Source: an uncultured Planctomycetia bacterium
GTDB lineage: Bacteria; Omnitrophota; Gorgyraeia; Duberdicusellales; 4484-171
Assembly (NCBI GenBank): GCA_964629655.1
Contig: CAZVQU010000001.1
Coordinates: forward strand, 548,056 to 612,055
Direction: 5' to 3'
Length of the DNA: 64,000 bases
The position numbers and the translations under genes were made by a program. A model generated the notes under the pieces. That model saw only the letters and a list, made by a program, of their open reading frames with translations, had not been told where the DNA came from and searched no databases. Positions 57,551-64,000 of the stretch are shown here, piece after piece. Numbering within the stretch: the stretch's first letter is position 1; the number at the start of each line of letters is the position of its first letter.

Positions 57551-59055
57551 GAGAAAGGATAAAGTTAGCACTTTTGCTGATACTTTTTAGTTTTTGTTTT
57601 CCCTCTTTTGGTTTTGCCGAGAGCGATGACTTAATTCCAGTAATCAAATTCAAAGATGCTGATATCAAGATAGTATTACAGTCAATAGCTCAGAAAGCAA
57701 CCAGGGACGGCGAAAAAGTTAACATTGTAATCAGTCCAAACGTAGAAGGCTTAGTCAGCGTAAATTTAGAGAATGTTGACTGGTTTTCAACTCTTGAAGC
57801 AGTGCTAAGGCCTTACGATTATAGTTATGAGTGGGTCGGGGACACTATACTACTGGTAGATACTACTGACAAGATAAGTGAAAGAGAATCTTTAGCCAAG
57901 GAAAGAGAGGAGGTAGAGCCTTCGCGAACCCGGGTCTTTAAGCTAAGATTTATTGATGCTAATGATGCTAAGAAAGCGATTGAGCCGATACTTTCTCCGA
58001 TAGGAAGAGTCTCGGTATTGGAAGTCACTGGTCAAGCCGGTTGGGAGTTCGGTACAGACATTACGAAAAGGTCTCGATCAAAAGAGGGAAAGGTTTCGCG
58101 AACAAAAACCTTAATCGTTTCTGATATATCTAAGAAGCTAGATGATGTCGATTCTCTTCTTAAGAAGATTGATGTTATGTCTAAGCAGATTTTAATAAAG
58201 ACCAGGATTATGGAGGTTAACAGAGACATTCTTGAAGATTTCGGCTTTGATTGGGGAACAGGTATAAACGGTGCTTCTTCGTCAACCTTGGCTTATACCG
58301 GGGCAAGCGATTCGAATAGAGAAGAGATGGCCGGGCATATGTTATCTGATCAAAATACTCCGTCATTGTTTGGGGCAAAGACTACCGGTCTAGATAGTGG
58401 CGATACCGGTTTGAAGCTGGCCTTTCGTAAATTAACCGGTAGCCAATTTGAAGCTATAGTTCATGCTTTAGAAGAAGATTCTCGGACTAATACTCTTTCT
58501 GCGCCGATAATCCTTACTTTGGATGGCCAGGAAGCATCCATACTGGTTGGGCAGAAATATCCGATCATAAAGACCGAGGTTAGTACTGAGACTAACCAAG
58601 TTACCGGAGGCTCTCTAGATTACTATCAGGATATCGGCATCCAAGTTAATGTGGTCCCGCAAATATGCGGCGCAGACGAAGGCTATATCAATATGATTAT
58701 TCATCCGGCAGTAACCGGCCGCTTAAGCGATGTCTCTATCACTCAAGGTGAGACAACCTTAGTTTCTTATCCCTGGTTAACCTCTCGGGAGACAGAAACA
58801 CAAGTCATAGTGAAGGACGGAGAGACAATTGTTATCGGAGGCCTGATCAAAGATGTATTATCAAGACAGGAAATAGGCGTACCGGTTTTAAGCAAATTAC
58901 CAATACTAGGCTGGTTGTTTAAGCGTGAAACAGAGGATATTGAGAAGATAGATCTAATGATTTTTATTACAGCTAAGATTGTAGCTCCCGGTGAACTTGT
59001 TCCTTTGGAAATTATGGATATTGATAAATTTACTACTATGTTTGACAAAATGTAG
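57547..59055 (+). CDS. pilQ: type IV pilus secretin PilQ
   Basis: Signal peptide, N-domains, and the C-terminal secretin domain (...LSAPIILTLDGQEASILVG...VIVKDGETIVIGGLI...). Confidence 0.85.
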   Translation: MRERIKLALLLILFSFCFPSFGFAESDDLIPVIKFKDADIKIVLQSIAQKATRDGEKVNIVISPNVEGLVSVNLENVDWFSTLEAVLRPYDYSYEWVGDTILLVDTTDKISERESLAKEREEVEPSRTRVFKLRFIDANDAKKAIEPILSPIGRVSVLEVTGQAGWEFGTDITKRSRSKEGKVSRTKTLIVSDISKKLDDVDSLLKKIDVMSKQILIKTRIMEVNRDILEDFGFDWGTGINGASSSTLAYTGASDSNREEMAGHMLSDQNTPSLFGAKTTGLDSGDTGLKLAFRKLTGSQFEAIVHALEEDSRTNTLSAPIILTLDGQEASILVGQKYPIIKTEVSTETNQVTGGSLDYYQDIGIQVNVVPQICGADEGYINMIIHPAVTGRLSDVSITQGETTLVSYPWLTSRETETQVIVKDGETIVIGGLIKDVLSRQEIGVPVLSKLPILGWLFKRETEDIEKIDLMIFITAKIVAPGELVPLEIMDIDKFTTMFDKM

Positions 59056-59088
59056 TAATACTAATTATTCTTTAGGAGGTAAGGGCAG

Positions 59089-59886
59089 ATGTATCTAGAA
59101 CTATATGGTTTAAAAAGTTCTCCCTTTAATATAACCAGTGACCCTCAGTTTTTCTTTGAGAGCCTATCTCACAAAGGGGCCTTGGCTGCCCTTATCTATG
59201 GTATCCAAGAGAGAAAAGGAATAATTTTGATCACTGGGGAGGTAGGTACAGGAAAGACCACTCTTTGTAAGGCCCTTTTAAAAAGGTTGTCTTCGGAAGT
59301 TAAAACTTCTTTGATCCTTAACCCTTATTTTAGTGAAGTCCAACTCTTACAAGCAATAGTCGAAGATTTTGGTTTAGAGATAAAGAAGAAGAGCCGGCTA
59401 GATATGGTCGAGAAGCTAAACTCTTTTCTGGTAAATATTAGCTTATCAGGGAAGAATGCAGTTTTAATTATCGACGAAGCCCAAAATCTCACCAATCGGC
59501 AATTAGAGCAGATCAGGCTTCTCTCTAACTTAGAAACAGCAAAAGAGAAACTATTGCAAATTATTCTGGTTGGCCAACCGGAGTTAAAGGAAAAACTTAG
59601 CAAATTTAACTTAAGACAGATTCGACAAAGAGTTTTTGTAAAACATGACATTTTTCCTTTAAGGGAGGAAGAAGTTAAAGAGTATGTAGAATATAGACTT
59701 CAACAGGCCGGTACAAATGATGTTAATATTTTGCCCGAAAGCTATAAGGTAATTTATGAATTCTCCAAAGGCATACCCCGTCTGGTCAACATGATCTGTG
59801 ATCGGGCATTGCTTCTGGGGTTTGTTAATGAGAGCAAAATTTTTGATCAGGAGATGTTTAGAATCTGTATGGAGGAGCTCCTATGA
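59089..59886 (+). CDS. ExeA/GspA/MshM-like AAA ATPase
   Basis: LYGLKSSPFNITSDPQFFF...ITGEVGTGKTTLC, the AAA_22 ExeA signature. Confidence 0.7.
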   Translation: MYLELYGLKSSPFNITSDPQFFFESLSHKGALAALIYGIQERKGIILITGEVGTGKTTLCKALLKRLSSEVKTSLILNPYFSEVQLLQAIVEDFGLEIKKKSRLDMVEKLNSFLVNISLSGKNAVLIIDEAQNLTNRQLEQIRLLSNLETAKEKLLQIILVGQPELKEKLSKFNLRQIRQRVFVKHDIFPLREEEVKEYVEYRLQQAGTNDVNILPESYKVIYEFSKGIPRLVNMICDRALLLGFVNESKIFDQEMFRICMEELL

Positions 59887-60389
59887 GCATAATCTATGAA
59901 GCCTTGAAGAAAGTAGAGGGCCAGAAGGAGATCTTATCGCCCCAAAGCACTCCTGGGAGTATGGTTTTTCCAGTAGATAGAAAAGAAAAAAGGGTCAACA
60001 AAGAAAAGAAGATATTTCTTTTGCCAGTAGTTTTGCTTTTAGTAGCCTTAGTTATCTCGGCTTTACCATTCATTTTGCCGCTTCAAAAGCGAAAGGTTGT
60101 GACTTCAGTGGTCGATAGGAGAGAAATCGATCCGGCTAGAGTCTATAGAATCACTGAGCCTAAAAGCCAAGTCCCTGAAGAAATAATTTTAGGGAAAGAA
60201 CCTGTTCAAGAGTACATCCTTGAAGGGATTATCTACGATCCAGAAGCTCCTTCTGCGCTTATTAATGGAAGGGTTATGAACGAGTCGGACAACTTAGGTA
60301 ACTTCCGTATAGATAGGATTAGTGAGAATAATGTTGAGATGATCAATACCGAGGATAACAATAAAGTGATTCTTTCTTTGCCTAATTAA
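59883..60389 (+). CDS. GspB/ExeB-like bitopic partner protein
   Basis: MSIIYEALKKVE N-terminus resembles GspB, followed by a TM. It overlaps the ExeA-like gene stop. Confidence 0.4.
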   Translation: MSIIYEALKKVEGQKEILSPQSTPGSMVFPVDRKEKRVNKEKKIFLLPVVLLLVALVISALPFILPLQKRKVVTSVVDRREIDPARVYRITEPKSQVPEEIILGKEPVQEYILEGIIYDPEAPSALINGRVMNESDNLGNFRIDRISENNVEMINTEDNNKVILSLPN

Positions 60390-60409
60390 CCAGCCAAGCA
60401 ATTTCAATC

Positions 60410-62083
60410 TTACCAGTTGAGAAAATCTTTGAAAATATCTTTTATTCCGTCAATTTTATCTAGGGCCGGGATTAAGGAGATATGAGTGGTATATACGGGG
60501 TTTTTTATAGTTCCGCTTATGCTAACAGAAAAAGCTCCTTCGTCTAAGAAAGCAGCCAGATATTTCTGCAGGCCCTCTGAAGAGTCTATGACCTCTTGGC
60601 TAAATTGAGGAAAAAGCATAAAATCAATATTACCTACAGTAGTTATTTTACCTTTTCCTTCTATATTCATCTGGGTAGCGTTTAACTGAAAGTTCTCAAA
60701 GAAAATATCTCCGCCTTCAAAAAAGAGATCGCTGTAAGCTCTTTTAAATACTATATTCTCAAAACCCGGAATAGATAAAAATTTACCTAAACCTTTTAGG
60801 AAGTTTATCTGGTAGATATCCCCTTCACTAATAAGGATTTTCCCCTCACCGAGTAAGTTTTGCCATTTAAAGAGATCAAGGCTTCTTAAATTAGCCTCAA
60901 GGGATAATTTCCCGCGTGGTTTTTTTCCTTCCATGTTTAATTCATACATAGTTTGGGCGATATCTATATTATTGGCGGTTACACTTAGATTTCCCCTGTT
61001 GCTGGAAAGGCTTAACGCTCCTTTAAGATTAATCTCCCCTCCGCCTACCTCAGCTTTAAGAGGGGAGATGGTGAGCTTATCTTTATCCCTGAGAAGCCCA
61101 ACTTTTATGTTTTTTACTTTAAAATCTTTAACTTTTAACTCTTCAGAGGTACTACTGAGTTTGATCTTCCCTTTGTCTTGATCGGATTCCTTGCTAATAG
61201 AAAATTCTAGGTCTAGTGAGCCTTGAGGGTCTAGTTTAGATAGAAAAGAAGGCTTGGGCTTAAAACTATCGCGAGCCTCGAGGAGAGCACTAAAGCTTGT
61301 ATAACCTTTCCCTTGAATTTCTACCCAGGGGCTCTTAAGGCCTATATTTACCTCAGCGGTAATTTCAGTGTCTTTACCTTCGATAATAAACTCCGACACT
61401 TTCAGCGTTTCTCGATTAGCTGCAACTTTAGCTTTTAAATTGCAAAGATTGCTGGTGATTTCTAAGCCTATCTTTGGAGATGAGAAATTTTCTATTTGAA
61501 CAGTTGCCTTTAAGGGTAGATTTTTATAGATTAGCTCGGACTTAGTCAAAAATAGCTTATCTTTTTTCAGAAAACCTTTTGCCTGGATTTCTTTGATGTT
61601 TTTAAGCTTGGAGAAGTACCCATCTTTTATCTGGTAGTTGATATGATAGTCGAGTTCTTGCCTAAGGATTTTCAAGTAACCCAGAAGCTTGATATCTCCT
61701 TTAAGGTCTATATCTTTGGCAGTGAGCTTTAACACATTTGCCTCGAGCTCACCTTTTAAAGAGATTACTTCGTCTATTTCTATATCTAAATCCCCTTTTT
61801 TAACATAACCGGCTATAGGAAGTTTTATACATTTATTAAGCTGGTTGAGGTCAAGGTCTTCTATAGAAGCTTTTACTTTTAACGACTTATTTTCGGGGCT
61901 ATACTCACCTTTTAAATCTATTTTATTAATAAAAGAGAGTTCCAGGCTTGTTTTTGAAGGATTTCTAAGGTCAAGAGAGACATATATGCTGTCAGAGGTT
62001 TTTACATCGATAAATTTAGACTCGGCTGTAAAGAGGGGAGAAATCGAGAGGATAGCTAAAAGGGATAGTATTATGCGAAACAT
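60410..62083 (-). CDS. AsmA-family outer-membrane biogenesis protein
   Basis: 557 aa with an N-terminal signal anchor, and a long beta-rich repetitive domain typical of AsmA/DUF3971. Confidence 0.5.
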   Translation of the reverse strand: MFRIILSLLAILSISPLFTAESKFIDVKTSDSIYVSLDLRNPSKTSLELSFINKIDLKGEYSPENKSLKVKASIEDLDLNQLNKCIKLPIAGYVKKGDLDIEIDEVISLKGELEANVLKLTAKDIDLKGDIKLLGYLKILRQELDYHINYQIKDGYFSKLKNIKEIQAKGFLKKDKLFLTKSELIYKNLPLKATVQIENFSSPKIGLEITSNLCNLKAKVAANRETLKVSEFIIEGKDTEITAEVNIGLKSPWVEIQGKGYTSFSALLEARDSFKPKPSFLSKLDPQGSLDLEFSISKESDQDKGKIKLSSTSEELKVKDFKVKNIKVGLLRDKDKLTISPLKAEVGGGEINLKGALSLSSNRGNLSVTANNIDIAQTMYELNMEGKKPRGKLSLEANLRSLDLFKWQNLLGEGKILISEGDIYQINFLKGLGKFLSIPGFENIVFKRAYSDLFFEGGDIFFENFQLNATQMNIEGKGKITTVGNIDFMLFPQFSQEVIDSSEGLQKYLAAFLDEGAFSVSISGTIKNPVYTTHISLIPALDKIDGIKDIFKDFLNW

Positions 62084-63942
62084 ATCCTGACAGAGAGTTC
62101 TTTTTTCTTTATCTTTGTTAGTTCGGACTTTTTTATAATATACTTATTATCAAGTTTAAGGATCCTTTTCCCTTCAAAAAGCACCTTTTTTATTTTTGAG
62201 CTTTTTCCTTTTAGATAAAAGATTCGAATTGTTTTTCCAGACAGAGCATAGGTAGTCTCGAGAGTGGTTTTGAAAAAGTCTGATGGCATGAGTTTTGGAG
62301 TCAAAACAATGTCACCCAACTCAAAGCCGACTCCTAATATTTCCTCTACCAGGGTATAGATATACCAGCTTGCTGAGCCGGTGAGGTAAAGATAAAGGCC
62401 AGCTCCGGCGTTATTAAAATACTCTGGGATTGAAGGATAGATCTTTGCTCTTTCGGCAGTAGCCATCTTATAGATTGAACTTAAAGCAAGGGAGCCTTCT
62501 TTTATAAAACTACGTCGGTATAGGGAATTAGCCAGCATTACTACCATATGGTTAAAAAATGCCCCATTTTCCTTATCGCCATAAGAAAAAGAAAAAGCTC
62601 TTCCTAAATCAAGGCAAGATCGGCCAAAGTTTGTGTTAAGCCTAAATCCGCCAAAGGGTTTGTCGTAGAGATGATTTTTTATTGAACCCCAGATTTTCCT
62701 AATCTGTTTCGGAGTAGCTACTCCGCTCATTATGGCAAAGACCTGGGAGGAGAGGTTCATTCTTGTTTTTCCCTCCACCCTTTTTCCTTTATTGTCATAA
62801 TAACCGTTAAAGGAACCTGATTTTAACCACTCTTTTTTATTTAGCCAAAGGGATAAATGGTTACTCTTTTTCTCTAAGTCATAGATTAACCTGTCAATTC
62901 TTACCTCTTGTTTTTCTCCGCTTATATTTTGAGATGTTTCTAAATACTTTTCTAATCTTTTTTGTTTTTCTTTAAAATGATTGTAATTTATTGGCTTATT
63001 TATTTGATCCAGAAGAAGAGACAATTCTTTTATCAAAGATACTTTTTCTGTTTTTTTGCCCAAATGTTTTAGGAAAAAACATATATTTTTTAAATTATGA
63101 GCATACATAAAGCTAAAAGTAACGCTTTCTCCTAACTTAGAAGCCATATCTAATCCATCATTCCAATCAGCATTTTCCAAGCGGATAATATTATGCTTAC
63201 CTACATTAAAGAAAGAAGTTAAATGTTGAACTAAGAGGTGTTCTAAAATGCTGCCTTTGTGGATATCGCCTTTGTTGTTTCGCAGGAGAAAGTCTTTTTG
63301 ACAAAATTTAGAGTCTACTTCTTTTGCTCTTCTTAGAAGATGATCTCTAAAGTAAGTGGCATTTTTATTAAGGATTCCTAAATTCCCAGTCCTATTTATA
63401 TACAGGCCTAGAGTGATAAGAGGCCAAATGCCATGGTCGGACCAGACTCGGCTTATTTTATTCCGGTCTGAAAGCAAACTTCCCTTTTTAGTAATTATGG
63501 TGGCGTTTGAGCCGTCAATTCTTACTCCCTTAAAGCTATTCAAGAGTAAGGCTTTTGCTTTATTAGGTTCGTTAATCAGTAGTGTTAAAGCATCTTGCCA
63601 GAGATCGCGCCAGCCTCGGCCACCCTTGCCATAATCAAAGTGTGGTAAGAATGAACAGCCGAATAATTTCCGCAAAGACGGTTGTAATTTTACCCAGAGA
63701 AGCCAGTTATTAAAGGCCTTATCTTTAAAATCAAATTCTATTCTTGAAAGATAATCAAGCCAGTATTTTTTTGTTTCTTCAAAAATTCTTTTAATTTTTG
63801 CTGAAGAGTTTATCTTACTAAAAGTGGCCATTATTTTTTGCTTAGGATTTTTGCTAGAGCCTGAATCAACTCCCATGATAAAAAAATAATTTACGCTCTC
63901 ACCTTTTTTTAGTTTTTTATCTTTGAATCTAAATGCTGCCAC
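62071..63942 (-). CDS. (alpha/alpha)6-barrel glycoside hydrolase/phosphorylase-like protein, probably N-terminally incomplete at window edge
   Basis: 623 aa with motifs RGWRDLWQD and NADWNDGLD. The upstream region runs to the window end, so the true start may lie beyond 64000. Confidence 0.4.
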   Translation of the reverse strand: MAAFRFKDKKLKKGESVNYFFIMGVDSGSSKNPKQKIMATFSKINSSAKIKRIFEETKKYWLDYLSRIEFDFKDKAFNNWLLWVKLQPSLRKLFGCSFLPHFDYGKGGRGWRDLWQDALTLLINEPNKAKALLLNSFKGVRIDGSNATIITKKGSLLSDRNKISRVWSDHGIWPLITLGLYINRTGNLGILNKNATYFRDHLLRRAKEVDSKFCQKDFLLRNNKGDIHKGSILEHLLVQHLTSFFNVGKHNIIRLENADWNDGLDMASKLGESVTFSFMYAHNLKNICFFLKHLGKKTEKVSLIKELSLLLDQINKPINYNHFKEKQKRLEKYLETSQNISGEKQEVRIDRLIYDLEKKSNHLSLWLNKKEWLKSGSFNGYYDNKGKRVEGKTRMNLSSQVFAIMSGVATPKQIRKIWGSIKNHLYDKPFGGFRLNTNFGRSCLDLGRAFSFSYGDKENGAFFNHMVVMLANSLYRRSFIKEGSLALSSIYKMATAERAKIYPSIPEYFNNAGAGLYLYLTGSASWYIYTLVEEILGVGFELGDIVLTPKLMPSDFFKTTLETTYALSGKTIRIFYLKGKSSKIKKVLFEGKRILKLDNKYIIKKSELTKIKKKELSVRICFA

Positions 63943-64000
63943 AGCCTCTTTTCCTTGGAATTGATCTCTTTCTTTCCTAACTGGTTTTACTTCTTCCTTA

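Noticed and set aside
60933-62090. Plus-strand 81-82-aa ORFs
   Set aside because: Antisense to the AsmA-family gene. No independent support.

Overview
Low-GC bacterial chromosomal window around the replication-origin gene neighbourhood. All protein identifications below rest on reading the translated ORFs against motifs I recognise; no searches were run.

(1) Core block, 1-20240. Minus strand: pyrC (partial), pyrB, pyrR with a PyrR-type attenuator, rsmI, glmS, a membrane protein, tRNA-Glu, gyrA, gyrB, a DUF721-like gene, dnaN, dnaA. Diverging on the plus strand: rpmH, yidD, yidC, then a 107-bp tandem repeat carrying four parS-like palindromes, then parA, parB, ndk, yicC, gmk, rpoZ and a tRNA cluster (Cys, Leu, Val, Asp). 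DnaA-box-like 9-mers sit upstream of dnaA and between dnaA and dnaN. rnpA and recF are absent from their usual positions.

(2) Accessory region, about 20.2-39.7 kb. It opens with a large serine recombinase whose 3' end overlaps the tRNA-Asp 3' end. It carries an operon of XRE regulator, ECF sigma factor, zinc-finger (ZAS) anti-sigma and a 1909-aa membrane-anchored CHAT protease with a TolB-N-like domain and about 30 TPRs. I read this as a CRISPR-independent analogue of the type III-E Craspase / Csx30 / RpoE protease-to-sigma-factor circuit, and it is the most interesting candidate in the window. The region also holds three tandem small secreted peptides, a secreted TPR protein, a 750-aa polytopic membrane protein, a decayed transposase remnant, a BTLCP-like cysteine peptidase and a BY-kinase that share a duplicated 35-bp upstream element, and a tRNA-Met followed by a perfect 44-bp direct repeat of its 3' half that brackets a roughly 0.8 kb island remnant. 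A Zn-ribbon plus GGDEF pair and cupins follow.

(3) accA and a PadR-family regulator, then a roughly 18 kb type IV pilus (MSHA-like) locus. It contains minor pilins, a PilX-like gene, a GAF plus degenerate-GGDEF sensor, a standalone MshEN-like domain carrying the c-di-GMP-binding motif, two tandem PilB/MshE ATPases, pilC, two major-pilin paralogues each with a clear sigma70-type promoter and flanking a sulfatase-family polytopic membrane protein (candidate pilin phospho-form transferase), pilMNOPQ, and exeA/gspB-like genes. The window ends with an AsmA-family gene and a partial glycoside hydrolase/phosphorylase-like gene.

No CRISPR array and no rRNA were seen.
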